A stretch of DNA of 62,005 nt, filler included, from Choristocarpus tenellus KU-1152 (lineage: Eukaryota > Protista > Phaeophyceae), in the NCBI GenBank assembly GCA_964200185.2. It is 10 parts of 10 records of this genome, joined end to end, with 100 filler letters (N's around TTAATTAATTAA, not from the genome) between each part and the next. Parts side by side here need not be neighbours in the genome. Positions count along the whole stretch, not along the records: positions 10,426 to 26,147 come from CAXNAD020000941.1; positions 26,248 to 33,616 come from CAXNAD020006254.1; 8 more parts are not named here. The stretch is one strand, 5' to 3'. Numbering within the stretch: position 1 is the first letter of the stretch; each line of letters opens with the position of its first letter. Of the stretch, positions 13,208-26,454 are shown piece after piece. A program made the position numbers and the translations under genes. The notes below the pieces were generated by a model. It did not search any database. It was not told where the DNA came from and was given only the letters and a program-made list of their open reading frames with translations.

Positions 13208-15136
13208 GTGAAAGGGGAACAAAGAAGCTACAATTTTTTCACAGTAGTCAAGGTTTGGCAATATGATGCACTTCAAATTGTTTCTAGGGTGATGGGAGTG
13301 ATGCAGGTGTAGCCAAACTATGGGTTTCTACTAAACTTATCTAGTGTAAGCAGAGAGTTCTATCAGAAAAACATAGAAGCAGTTTGAAGTACATGTTACG
13401 TCATCATTTGAAAGGCCAAGAAAAACCTACTCACTCTTTTTATTTCGACCCTATTATCGTTATGGATAATACTTTGAAGCTACAATGTATCACCAAGAGC
13501 CATGAAGACATGAGGTGGACGTATGGAAATACACACTTTTGGAGTTGCAACTCCTAACATACCTCTAACCTTCTGGACAAATGAGGCAAAATCTGCGGCC
13601 GAGGGTGGAGGGCTGAGCCTCGCAAATTGAGATGAATGAGTCTAGTGTGAAATCCTCTTGGTGATACTTAGAAGGTCGCATGTTTTCTACCGAGGTATGT
13701 CTTGGGATCTGCAGTCAACGTCAGTCCACATGGAACACACACTAAAAATAGAGTCCATTTCTACATTGTGTACTGAGAGTGCTACACTGAAGGTGGAGTA
13801 GCATCATGAAGGCACGGTAACACCAATGCAATGAGGAACCCCACCTAACCAAGTATTGAGAACTATGCCACTTGTTTTGCCTTGGCTTTCAGTTTGATGA
13901 GGGGGTATCAGTAAGATGGGAGTTTGTGAATGCATCAAGGATGTCGACAGGGCCTTGTTCATTTCGTGGGGCATGAGGTGTTTTCACACTCACTAGAGGT
14001 GCAAATAGCACATTCTTTGCATCACCAGCATGCACTGTGAATACTGTACACTAATCTAGAAATGCCAGTATATCGTGCTTCAACACAATTGGCCAATGGT
14101 AGTGGGTATCAGTTCACCACCCAACTTGCAGTACTGCACATTTTCACTTGTCAAACAAAAGGGCAATGTAGCAGCTAACGTTAGAAAGAAGCCCAGAGTT
14201 TATGTTACTATGAACTTGTGCCAATATTTATCTGGCTTTGAAGTCCAAACCTATTCCTGCCAGACTGCGTGGGCCTGCCAACAACAACGATGCCGTTCAA
14301 CCTGAGATTTCAATCGACTGTGTAAAGCCCTGAGGTTCCTGAGGTGGAAATAGAGCACTAGTGATGATTTTTTGGGCACAGAGAAGTGGAAGCATTCCCT
14401 TTTCAATTTCGAGAGACTTTGCATAGAGCTCTGTCCTCCTGGATTTCATGCATTTCTATCCCCATTGATCGGGATAGATTGGGACTGGAAGGTACTATTC
14501 CGCAGTACAATAATACCTTAAAAGTACAAAAATAGATGGGCCGAAGCACTGGATTTACACAGGACACATGAAACACGGCATGATCAACCTGACACACCTC
14601 TATTTTCCATAAATCTTGAAGAAAATGATCAAATTTTATGTGGGTAAAAGAAAATCAAATTGTCGATCCCTGAAGGAGTTTAATCTGAGTTTTGACCTCA
14701 CTCGTGGGTTAAAGAGGACGCCACCCAAAACTCAACCACCAAGCTCAAACCCAAATGATCAGGATGTGGCCGGTGTTGAACTAAACCAACTACGGTGATT
14801 TAGAGCTCTTCTATGCACACCCCACCTTTAAAAAGTATCCTGTGTGGACATCCAGTTCTGCAAAATGTTAAAACTACCCGGTAGTTCCAAGAAGATATTG
14901 GCGTAATGTTAGTTGCTATACACCCTCTGTCCCATAAGTCTTGACTGCTAAGTGGTAGGTCTTTGGAATGACCTCCGATTTCAAAATGAACTTTTGCGTT
15001 GGATTCCTTGGAATATTTTTCCTTAAAAACCTACATTTCAAAGAATTCTTCCAGAATTCTGTTCTGAAATGGTTCCGAAAGAATGGAACACAGAATGGGG
15101 CATATTCTTGTCATTTGTTAATGTTCCTGCTGCAGC

Positions 15137-16430
15137 GTGGAGTCACACAACACTCTCACAACCCCCATGGTGAGCACCCACAGCCCGTCATCCCCAGCAC
15201 AATGCCCACTGTCTTGGGGAAAGAACTGTGAGCTGACCGAGGAAGGTTGGACCACACTTGCTATGCACTATGTATTGGCTCTTCCTCCAGGTCACGAGAG
15301 GCTCTCGAGACAAGAGAGTCAATGGCAAAAGAGTTGGAGTATCCTAGACAAGACGGATGGATGTTGGCACGCATCAAAGAACAGTTTGACAGGGGGATAC
15401 CATCTCCCTGAAATCACAATCACAATCTGGACGGCCATCACACTTTATGCCAATGAAACAAAGATCCGGAAAATCAATGTCAGTAATCGCACGCTGATTA
15501 TCGAACAACTTTCCGCCAAGTTCACCGAAGCAGGCCTAGCAGTTGGCAGCTCAAAGCTTGATCACTGGCTCGAACTCATGGGGGCAATGAGGGACCAGCG
15601 GTGCATCACCCCTAACGTTTCGTTTTCTCACAAGAAGAACAGGGTGGACTTCATCCTCGACCAGATCTCCTGCAAACGTAAAACCTACAAAACTGGCCTC
15701 AACACCATTTGCATCCATGAGGTGTGGTTCTACCTCATCCATGAACAAGAGATGGATGTGTATATTCCTGGGGTAGGAAAAGGTGGGCTTGACGAAGGTG
15801 CAGCACAAGATTCACTTTCCCAAAGTGATGTTCATCTCCCCCATTTCGCGTCCGGATCCTTCCGATGATTTTGATGGCAAAATCGGGATCTGGTGGGTTT
15901 GTGTAATGAAGTGCGTGCAATGGACTACAGTGTGGCACAAAAAGGGTGAGAAGTACGAGGTTGATGTCACCATCAATGCCAAGTGGTACCTGGAGTGGCG
16001 CACAGAGTGCTGTTACCAGCAATCAAGGAAGAAATGCCATGGCTGGAATCAGGGGGAGCCTCCATACGGCAGGACGGCACAACCCCGCATACGGGCAAGG
16101 GCACAGTGCAGAAGCTGAACACAGCAGGGATGGAGGAGGGATGAAACATTAAGCTCGTGACACGGCCAGCACAGTCGCCGGATCTCAACATAAATGATTT
16201 GGGGAGGTTTTGCATCTCTGAAGAGTAGGGTTTGGGCAGAGGGTTACGGCACTGTTGATGAACTTGAAGAGGGGGTTTCAAGCAAGTTCCATGCATATGA
16301 TGCAGACATGCTCAAGGGGGTGTGGCAGAGTCTGTTTAAGAGGTACAATCAGGTGTTGAGGTTGCTGGGAGGGAACGATTTCGAATTAGAGCACATGGAA
16401 CCAAAAAAGGCAGATAAAGCACAAACATGC
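15137..16430 (+). mobile_element. decayed Tc1/mariner-superfamily transposase (plant/oomycete mariner-like), copy 1
   Basis: Motifs across frameshifted ORFs: TICIHEVWFYL (for HIDEKWFY), QHKIHFPKVMF..ISRP....FDGKIGIW, RQDGTTPH, RPAQSPDLNINDLG, FASLKSRVW...YNQVLRLLGGNDF. Several frameshifts and an in-frame TGA. Confidence 0.9.
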
Positions 16431-16696
16431 CCAAGAATACAAAATGGAAGTTCAGCCGTGGCATCTTCTGCTCTTTTCTCCACTTGGAAAAACTCCTATG
16501 CGAAAGGAGCAACAGGAGTAGAGGTTTAGTGGTAGCACTACCGGGTGTAGTTGATGGCTGCAAAGTAAACCTCTTCTCTTGCCTTGTATGTAACCTTGGG
16601 AATACTGCATTTTTAGAGCTTGTCCTGTGCTCAAAAGGGAAGGGAGTTTCTACTACTTGCTGAGAGAGTACTGCAGCAGGAGGAAATATGTCTAGT

Positions 16697-17063
16697 TTGA
16701 ACTGCAGCTGTCCCAAACAAGAACAATTTTCGTTATTTTCGCCACCGAAGATTCAAAGGCATAACCTCTACAATGGGGATATATTTAAGGAAGGTTTTTA
16801 GAGTGTAAGGATGTTCAACAGAAGTAGAACATCCCAAAATGACAAATATACAAAGTGATATGGAGGTACGGCAATTCTTGGTAACAAGAGCACAGTGGTT
16901 GTTTCACACACACAACTAGACCTTTAAGCATTTCTACTGCTTTTGAACATCCTTACACTCTAAAATCTTCCTTGAATATAGCCCCGATTGTAGAGGTTCT
17001 GCCTTTGAATCTTCGATGGCGAAAATAATGAATAAGTTCTTGTTTGGGACAGATGTGGTTCAA
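16697..17063. mobile_element. foldback/MITE-like element with ~130-bp inverted arms
   Basis: 16697-~16830 (TTGAACTGCAGCTGTCCCAAACAAGAAC...GAAGATTCAAAGGC...TAGAGTGTAAGGATGTTCAA) is the imperfect reverse complement of ~16931-17063, with a ~100-bp spacer. Confidence 0.85.
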
Positions 17064-18829
17064 TTTTCTTGAAGGATCTCTGATGCTGAGTATGGATTCA
17101 TCATTAGTACTCTCTCTGCTTTGGTAGAACAAACACCCATGTTTTTGGCAGGCTAGTACGCCATACCCTGGGGCAATGAAAGCCTGAACATACAGGATGT
17201 GTTTGTATACATTGTTACTAAATGCTCTGTTAAAAAACTGTGGAAAACGAATCAGTACTCCCCAAGCCCTAGGTACTTCCCTGCAGCCTGCAGGAACAGC
17301 ATTTCCTTGTCCGCCAAGGACTCATCAACACAAACCATTCTCAGCTTATCCTCTTCCTTCTTCAGCTCTTCTCATAGAGATTACCTGCCACATTGACAGA
17401 CTTGGGACTCCATGGGTGCAATTATGGAATGATCATGTCGCTGCAACTTGATCTGTCAGTGGCCAAATGCCCACCAACTTCCATCCTCCAAAACACTGGG
17501 AGGTGTGTTCACCACCAGAAGTATCTCTTTTGATTGGTTGAATCGCATCAATCTCCTCTTGTGGAATTGTCCTTTGGTCGCCACTTGCAACCAGAGGATA
17601 CACCAATGTCGTGCCCATCAAACAGGTGTTGTGATGCCACCCTCACCAACTGTACCTATGAGTTGAAGCGAATTGAATGTCATTGTGACCATACCATACT
17701 TAAGAGCAACTCAACAAATACTATTTCTGCGACTGTACAAAATTACGTATTTTTGCTCTTTCACATGATCCTTGAATGCAACCCTGCCTACCTCTCTGTT
17801 GGTTTGACTCCATGTTCCTCAGCAACAAGGCAACCAAACGTATCTACACGGTTTGAACGTTTCAGACATGATTTCCACACCCTGTGATAGGGTGCTCTAC
17901 CTTCACCAAGAAAGTTCTTGAGAACACCAAACACTCAAAACTTTGAGATTGGGCTTGTTTGAAAGCTGACAATTCAAGCTTCAACATGTTTATCACAAAA
18001 AGTATATTTTGGTTAAACCGATACGCGAGGCGTGCGCCTAAAAACATCCTTGTGTTTATTCTACCAAAGGAAAAGAGTATGTGGTTTACTTCCATAGCCC
18101 ATGCCGTTTGCACTACTTCCCAGACTCTCAAGATGACATGATAACGAGGGGACCAGTTTGCCTGACCAATGTAGTCAACGGTACCAGCAAATGGCATCAA
18201 CCCGCAATCAATTGCCAAAACGATGTTGAGAACCTAGTACTTCTGGTAAAAAGTACTTCCTTTGTGCAGAATTGAATGTAACATATTAACTTCTGCAAGC
18301 TCCGTTCTCACCCAAGAATGACCCGTGTGATAAAACCCTCTAGATGAGGCTTAGTTCTCATATATAGATTGGTAGTCGTGTGAAGTTTGAGAAGGTGGGC
18401 TGTCATGACTGTGGAGGATTTCCAGTTCAAAGTCGACCAAGTCGAATTTGACGGGATTCAAAAACCTTGTGAAACTGTCGAAGCTGGTGATTATTGGTAT
18501 GCCTAGGATGAAGGACCCATCGTTTGAGCGGCTTGATCATCCATTATCGCTTGTCAGTCCCAATTCTTTGAAGTCTGTCTGGGGATCCAGACTCAAACAC
18601 CCAAACGAAGAACAGCTTGGTGGCACAATGCCTGGAGGTGAGAGGATGCGAGACTCAGATGCCTCGGGGAATGGCAGAGGTCATTGCCTAGGACTTCAGA
18701 ATTTCCCAAATCACCATGTTCCATCATCTGAAGGAGTGTTGCAGTAAGATTGCACAGGGTGAATTTATGTACATTGTATTATGTTGCAAGGGGCGATGTA
18801 GCTGCTATACAAGTATCCTTGATGTTTGG

Positions 18830-19790
18830 GATGTCCCATTGGTACACTGAACATCCTTCCATAAATGGAAGCCAAAGCTGAGGTCTCCCTTGCCTTGTTT
18901 TGGGATCTGTGCAAGCATGATAAGGTGAAGAAGGTGAAGCAGTGGATTAAGCCAGTCCTCTCAGACCAGCAGAAAGTCAACAGGGTGGGTTTTGCATCAG
19001 TCAAACGCACAGGAGGGGGGGAAGTGGGGAATTAGTGGACAGTCTATATATGACTGACTGCACGTGGATGAGAAGTGGTTTTACATCCTCAAAGATGGGC
19101 AAGGTGTGTACCTTCACCCCACTGAGGACCCCACCAACCCCCTACAGGCACAGAACAAGCATTACATTATAAGGGCGATGTTCTTTGCAGTTGTGGCCTG
19201 CCCTAGGAAGCTACCCTACCGGGTGTGGTTTTATGGGAAAAACGGGATCTGGCCAATCATGGACACTACGGTCACTCATGAGTTCAGCAAACACCACCCC
19301 AAGGGGACCAAGGTGCTTTTGCAAGTAAGTTGTGGTGGACAGGGAGAGGTATAAGAAGCTCATGATTGAGGGTGTCATCCCGGCTATCAATGCCCACATG
19401 CCTAGGCCAGAAGGACACACCATCTTTGTGCACCAGGATGGGGCAAAGTCACACACCGAAGGGGGGGTTCATGGAGGCAATTAAGGAGGCAGGGGTTGAC
19501 ATTGTGATGGAGACCCAGCCAGTCAACTCACCTGACCTCAACCTCAACCACCTGGATTTCTTTCATTCCACCCAGCAACTCAATGAAAATGTGGGGGTGA
19601 CCAACACAGAGGAGTTGGTGGAGGCCACAATGGAGTCATTGGATATGTACCCCTGGGAGACACGAGAGCTCATCTGGCAGGGCCTCTTCACAGTCTACGC
19701 TGAAGCGCTGGGGTCCAAGGGTGAAATTGTCTTCAAAAATTCCCATATTTACAAGGAAAAGCTGAGAAGGTGGGCAAGCTCCACCTGAAT
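18830..19790 (+). mobile_element. decayed Tc1/mariner-superfamily transposase, copy 2 (different family from copy 1)
   Basis: HVDEKWFYILKDGQGVYLHP, QNKHYIIRAMFFAVVACPR..VWFYGKNGIWP, VHQDGAKSH, ETQPVNSPDLNLNHLDFFHS; frameshifted. Confidence 0.9.
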
Positions 19791-20807
19791 GCCCCAGTGG
19801 GTGTGGCAAAATACCGTGCTGAAATGGACATTTGGAGGGATTTGGGGGTGGAATCATAGCTCGGTGTAGGCTACCCCATTTTGCTTGAGATTCTGGGGGG
19901 CAACCTTTTTTGTGTCTGCACAATACACCCATAAAATATGAACTAGTAATAAAATCTTGGTTCATCGTAGGGGCCGCAAAAGTTATGTTACATTTAATTC
20001 CGAATGGAGGAAGATTATCAGAAGAATACATCACTACACCTTCACGAAATTGGAATGGTCCAAAACAGTCAAGACTGGATGAGATGAACTGGTGGAGGCA
20101 GTTAAATGAAGATGAACAAATTTTTCTAGTACACGATTCTTTCCTGTGTGCATCACTGTGTACGTTCACCTCACTCCAAGTACTGAAAGAACTTATTTGT
20201 GAGGTGCATTTTTTCCACTTTTAAAAGATCAAGTCTTTGTCACATCAAGCAAGTTGAAGGCACAACTGCAACATACAATAGATATTTTGGGTGGGTGTTA
20301 GCTGCTCTACTGAGAACCACAGCAATTTTCTTCGTGTTTGGAGTCTGTCGTGCACTACAGGTTCAATTCCTACCGTTAACCTCCCTCAACTGGTTAGTGA
20401 GATGGCATCAGGCACCTCAGACTGTGCCAAAATGTAGTCATCTTACACACCATGCGATGGGTACGACACAAGGGGAACTTGGTCCATTTGTGGAACGCAC
20501 AAGTCAGGGGATGTTGAGCCTGGGGGTTTCATTTCGACCAAAAAAGGGCGTTCAACACATGATATCATTTTATGAAGGCATAAGGCAGGTTGTACGTAAC
20601 GCCTTCCAAATTGTAGGATGGTGCACGGTGCGTAGTCAAGGGAAACGTCTGACTTGAGAGTCGGGCGATCACGCTGGCGTGAAAAAAGGAGTGTCAGTGT
20701 TATCTCTCGCAGTGTGGTGCTTGCATGTGCCATTCCTATGCAAGGCAGTACGGTCTGAGCCGTTAGTCACTCATTCGCATGATCTAGGCTATTGAACAAC
20801 AGAAGTT

Positions 20808-20966
20808 GACCCAAAGTATCTGGGGGGGGGGGGGGGGGGGGTCTACACCAGAGTGTCTATTTGAATCAAAACCAGGAAAGTGCACGTTCATTGTCCATCC
20901 AACGTATGGAACCAAGTCACCCAAAAATCGCGACATGATAAAATTAGCCCCAAATGGACAGCCGCC

Positions 20967-21002
<36 letters not shown>

Positions 21003-21112
21003 CCCAGGCTGACGAGGTTAGGGGGGAGGCGGTGGTCAGGTGGCTGTGTTTGCACCTCCCCAAAGAGCACCCCCCCCCCCCCCCCCCCCCCCCCCCCCAG
21101 ATACTTTGAGCC
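20808..21112 (-). mobile_element. MITE family A (poly-G/C TIR) copy
   Basis: GACCCAAAGTATCTGGGG... to ...CCCCAGATACTTTGAGCC. Internal sequence is the reverse complement of the copies at 21.6, 34.4 and 53.3 kb. Flanked by AGTT on both sides. Confidence 0.85.
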
Positions 21113-21498
21113 AGTTGCGCTTGGAGAGTTTTGTTTTGTGTGTACGAGACGATGCACATGTGAAGCGTCGTCCAGGCAAAAGTAGCAATACACCGGAGTT
21201 TGTGGTGTGGATGGGTTAGAGTATGTGGTGCAAATAGAAGAAGCACTGAACCTTGGAGGGGAATTGATTGCCTCGACGGTGCATAGTATGACAACGGACA
21301 TTGAGCATTTGCCCACGTTCTCTTTGTCAGGCCTTGCGAAGATCGAGGCAAATGGGTGGATAGTGACCATTCCTGTGTGGTTAAACACATACCATAGCTG
21401 ATGAATTGCATCATTTGGACCTTAGGATCTTCGGGTGTGGGCTCGATTTTATCGGAGAATCATTAGTTTCCGAATAGTTGAAAGGAAAGTCATTCACA

Positions 21499-21759
21499 GG
21501 CTCAAATTATTTGGGGGGAGAGGGGGGGGGGGGGGCTGTCCATNNNNNNNNNNGTGCAGAGGATACTTGTACTGCGGGCAAATTGTGTGGCGGGGGGGGG
21601 GGGGGGGGGAGGCTGTCCATTTGGAGTCGATTTTTCCATGTCGCAATTTTTGTGTGATCTGGTTGCATGTGTCGAATGGATAATATAAGTACACTTCTCC
21701 TGGTCAAGGTCCGAATGGACACCCTGGTGTAGACCCCCACCCCCCAGATACTTTGAGCC
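21499..21759 (+). mobile_element. MITE family A copy (contains a 10-N gap)
   Basis: GGCTCAAATTATTTGGGG ... GGCTGTCCATTTGG ... GGACACCCTGGTGTAGACCCCC ... CAGATACTTTGAGCC. Flanked by ACA/ACA. Confidence 0.8.
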
Positions 21760-24304
21760 ACACTTAAGGTCTCATGCCAAAGTCACATCATCTTATAGAG
21801 GAGAACAACAATGTATACCTGTAGATCAGCTATAGAATGCAGATACCCTCTTGAATTTTAATGCCTTTTACATTTCTTGTAGAACAGTTCAAGTACTTGA
21901 AGAACTTCAGAATATGCATTTTCAACCACGTTGGTTGTTGATCAAGGTGAAAAGGGTGTATGTACATGTCAAACTTTACTTTACCCAGTTGAGATTACCC
22001 CTTGTGTTGCAAGTCCCTTGCGAAATGAACTGCAACAACTAGAACGAGATGTTTTTGACACTACAGGTGAACTTACGTAGAAAGCTGTGCCCGTTTTCAG
22101 ACAACCCCTCCTGTTGTCAGGGCCTAACCTGTAGTCCATTTAGGCAAATGTGAAGAGAGTTGGCTCAGAGCGTGATTCATTTGTTCATGGGTGACATGAC
22201 CCTGTTGTGTTATCAATTGATCACATTTCAAGGGGAGCTCTGTAATCTCCACCACCAAGCACTTGTACTGTCTTGTGGGGCAATAATGCTGTCCTCTCCG
22301 ACGTACCATTGAGGGGGGGGGCACACACTTTCACTACAAGGAGTACTTAGTTCCGTCTCTTGGGTCAAGTGTGCTGTGAATGCCAAATTTTTACACTCCT
22401 CACCACAAGGAGGTCTAGATTCATCTTTCCAAGGTAGTATGCCGTGCGAATTGTTAATTGGGAGGGGGTTGCACTCCTCATCACAAGGAGCACTTGGTCT
22501 GCATGTTAGCAGATGAGTTGCATACGCACAACATGAACGCCTTCTACTGAGCCTCCCATATGGCCAGCCCTCACCAATCTGTTTTGGGATCAACCTCCGA
22601 GAAATCACACTCGAAGGAGATGTGTGTAAAATCGCAAAACGTGCTCTGCTTCGTGATGAAAATGTAAATAATGTGACTACTGGGAGGGGCAATGCATTGT
22701 GCAGTAGAATCTATGGTTCAATTAGAAATTATATCATAGTACTGTTGGCATGATAAGGCCTAACCTTGACAGGAAGAATTTGTCCCCGATTATGGAGTAG
22801 GGAATATATCAGATCCAAAGGGTTAAAATGACTAGATATAATCTCTCCCTTTCGATTGGTCGATCCAATTGGGGGTCAGTGTTTTTTTTTTTGCTAAAGG
22901 AACTATCTGCCCAAACCACTATCTGTTTCTCATGTCGACATAGAAGCGATTTCCTTTAATTTGAAAGAGTTTTTGTTGCTGGTGTATGCTGAGTTCCGTT
23001 AAAAACGTTAAAACCCAAAACTTTAAATACCATCGTAGACATCGGGCCTTGATCATTTCATGACCTCTCTATTTCTATTGTTTGGACTATCCCTATCCCT
23101 GTCAAAGACCTGGCCTAAGAAGCTCAATCACGTTGGAGCTTTGCGGCAGTATTGAAGTATATACTGAGAGTAATGTGGATACTGTGTACTGTAGTGTGTG
23201 TGAGCATGTGTATCACACACTATTTTGTGTGCTCTTGTCATCGCTCAAAAAGGTTGTTCCCCTTATGGGCAACTCTGTACAGATCTCCTTGGAAAAGGGG
23301 GAGCACATTTTTAAAAGGGAAATATACCTACACCAGCTTGGAAAGTGGGGACACATTAATATGGGGTAACATACCTAGGGACTGCAGCCTCCAAACACTT
23401 TGAGGGTAGACTGAAGCCCTCATAGATTTTGCCGAGTACTTGATATTTGCAGAATACACTTGAGCTACCCATTTGTTATTATCAAGCCTCATTGGAGATG
23501 ATTAAGAAAAATGTTAAGATTGAGACAGAGGAGTGCGGAAATTGTCAGCATGTCTGTAGATCACAAATAGTAGACACCACCACCTTTGGTGAAATGTAAC
23601 TTCTTGCTTGTGCCCACTTCCCTCACTGCTATATATTTTGTCGAAAATAAACAAAACATCCTTCCAATGGAGCTACATAAAGGTACCCCCATGTAATCTT
23701 TTAGCTCTGTCCGTACAAAATCCCATGTACCCGTGAATCTAGCCATAACACGTGAGTGCCTGGTGGATTGATCCCATGTTGGATGTCATTCCAAAATCCC
23801 AACTCCTCACCGTAGGACTGTAAGTTTACAAGTTGCAAATTTTAACCCTAACCCTAAAGTGCTACAGTTTGAGGTGACTCTGTGAGCTTCCTCGGTGACA
23901 TAATCTATGTGAGTCTACCTTCTGTGTAGTATATTTTACTGCACTCTTGAGGGGGTGTGCTGTCGCCCCAGAAACACTTTCTGGTGTCATCTATGCATGC
24001 TGTTGTGTATATCTGCATACTGCTGTTGTTTCAGATGCCTCTCGATAGACACACTGGGAGTCTTTTTGTTCTACAGTTATGTGTATGTGCTAGTTCAAGA
24101 GCACAGGTCTGGTCTATGCTGGTCTCAGTAGATGAAGAACCTTATGAGTATTTCCTTGTGTTTTGTGAAGGAGGTAGATAATCTACTACTCCAGAGCATA
24201 TTGTAACGATTTCATGTCATCAACATTTTAATATTTTGCGCCAAACGAACACCTTTTTCCCTTCCTGATCCATAACCTTTCTGGGTTGCCTGTCTACTCC
24301 ACAG

Positions 24305-25886
24305 CTGTTGAACCCTGACCTTTACCTCTGCCCATTATGTTTGGAGGCAGGACCAGAGCTAGGAAGTACTTTGCAAGTAGTTGAGCTGAGCACCCCTGCA
24401 GCAACAGTGGTAACAGAAGAAACTGCCCAGAGCAACTCGATTCCATCTTGCCAACTCCATAAAGATGATAATGGTGTTGACACTGTTGAAGGTGGGGCTG
24501 AAGTCAAGTCAGGGGACAATGAAGAAGTCGGAACTGTTTCAGCAGAAGAAGCAGAGGAAAGGAGCAATCCTGTTCTCATGGATAAGGTCAACAGTAGGAA
24601 GGTGAAGAAGTCACCCGCATTCTGGACTCCAAAAAAACTTGCCAACTTTGGGGAACTGAAGCTGGACCTCAAGGAAGAAAGGCTCTATGCAGCTAATGGA
24701 GGTATACGCTTCACAGTGTGGTCTTGGTTTGTTTGACAATGCTGCCATGATAATGCTGACAATGCCAGAAGCGACCTTTGGGCAGGGATACCTTGACTGT
24801 GCTCCAAAGTCTATCTCGTTGCCCACACATATCAATGCATAGTAGATTTGAATCGTGCAAGCTCAGGAACAGAATGTAAACCTAAATGTCCTAACACCAT
24901 ATTGTCGTGTGTTGTGTTGTGCGGCTCAAAGGTAGGCTCCTGAGTTTATGTGCTCTATGTGGTGAAGTTGACAAAACCAGCTGGATTAAATCCATCCCTC
25001 GAGTCACTCAGATTCCGTTGTTCCCTTGAGTTGAAAGATGGGAGAGGAGAGGAGGGGAGAGGAGAGGAGGAACCGCAGTGGTGGCAGTTGTATGTCAAAA
25101 AAAGAAAGAAAAACTTCTGGAATGCCGTGATGAGACCTCTGACTTGAAAACAAACCAATGATACCAGGGGGCGGCCGTATTTGATAATCCCAAGAAACAG
25201 ACGAAGTATGAATCTTGTATTATAAGAGAAGGCAAGAGGAATCTCTAACTTTCAGTCTGCTGCCAAGATTCACGCCGCTACCTAGCCACAACACAATAGA
25301 TACATCAGGGCCCTTCATTTTGTGCTTGTGTAGAAAATGAAAACCAGAGCGCTATAGCAGTGCCAGCGAAGATTTTTAGCACACACGCCTTCCATGCTTC
25401 AGATAATGTCACAAAAAGTGGTGCATTTACTCTTCGCATCGATAGTGCAAGCAGGTCGGAAAGATAAATCATGAAAGAGAGGGAGGGCTTCCTTGTGTGT
25501 ATTCAAACTTGTCACTGAAACATGGATGTTGTACTTCTTCATGGGGTGTTGGAGATTACAAACCGATTGGAAACGTCTTTGTGCTCCTGGGTTTTTTTTT
25601 TTGTTACTACCATTTTTTGAATGCATGTGCGTGCATTTGTTCTCTGGAGAGTATATCTGTGATTAGAGAAGTCACAGCATTGTTACTGAAGAGAGTCAGA
25701 ACGCTGACATCACAGGATGAAACTATTGCACTGTGCTGTTTACTACCATCAGCTCTCATGGTGGCCCTGGAAGTCCTGGAATTGATGCACAAGAAGGGCC
25801 TAGCAGCTGAGGAGGTGGTGTACAGGAGTCTCATCTCCGCCTGTGGCAGGTGTGGGAACTCCGATAAGGCAATGGTTGTCGTGGAG
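24305..25886 (+). CDS. PPR-motif protein, possibly DENND4-like (DENN+PPR), partial
   Basis: Exon 24305-24701 (LLNPDLYLCP...acidic linker) is phase-compatible with exon 25753-25886 (ALMVALEVLELMHKKGLAAEEVVYRSLISACGRCGNSDKAMVVVE), which is a clear PPR repeat. The DENND4 assignment is inference only. Confidence 0.7.
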
Positions 25887-26147
25887 GTGAGAGAGAGGTG
25901 GAGGAGGAAGGTTAAGCAAGTGTGGACATGCAGGAATGATGTTGTGGGGTGGGAGATGCTTAGAATGGAGTGACACAATGACAATCTCAATCTGGAGTAG
26001 TAACAGTAACTTTGAATGAAAATCTTATTTGTTGAAGGGCGACGTCTAAGCGCCTCACACTTGTGTAACATGATACAGGACGGGGGGGAGGGGGGGGTCA
26101 TTAGATGTCAATTTAGTGTGATTCTTGGATCATAGGGTTGCAATGAG

Positions 26148-26247
26148 NNNNNNNNNNNNNNNNNNNNNNNNNNNNNNNNNNNNNNNNNNNNTTAATTAAT
26201 TAANNNNNNNNNNNNNNNNNNNNNNNNNNNNNNNNNNNNNNNNNNNN
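26148..26247. other. artificial contig linker
   Basis: N44-TTAATTAATTAA-N44. Confidence 0.99.
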
Positions 26248-26454
26248 GCTCCTCTGTATGCTTATCTCTCACATCTTCCCCCCCCCCAGCCCCCCCTTCT
26301 GTTGTTGTGACGGCGTGTCGGACTGTCCCTCGCGCCCCTCTCGCACTCCTCTTCCTCCGTCTCCTCAAGGGTGATGGTGAAAGGGAGCTCAACGTGATGA
26401 CACGATCGCTCCTTGCCAACAGAGGCAAGCCCCAAGGATGAACGTTCGCAGAGG
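26248..26454 (-). CDS. possible exon of an unidentified gene divergent from frataxin
   Basis: Polypyrimidine/cAG acceptor followed by an open, GC-rich frame (SANVHPWGLPLLARSDRVITLSSLSPSPLRRRRKRSARG...) running to the contig end. No motif recognised. Confidence 0.3.

Noticed and set aside
17150-18600. Minus-strand coding-like relic (weak hAT resemblance)
   Set aside because: Too decayed; no ordered set of motifs could be read with confidence.
20806-21761. Poly-Pro/poly-Gly ORFs here and at many contig ends
   Set aside because: They are translations of poly-C/G tracts in MITE TIRs or sequencing artefacts.
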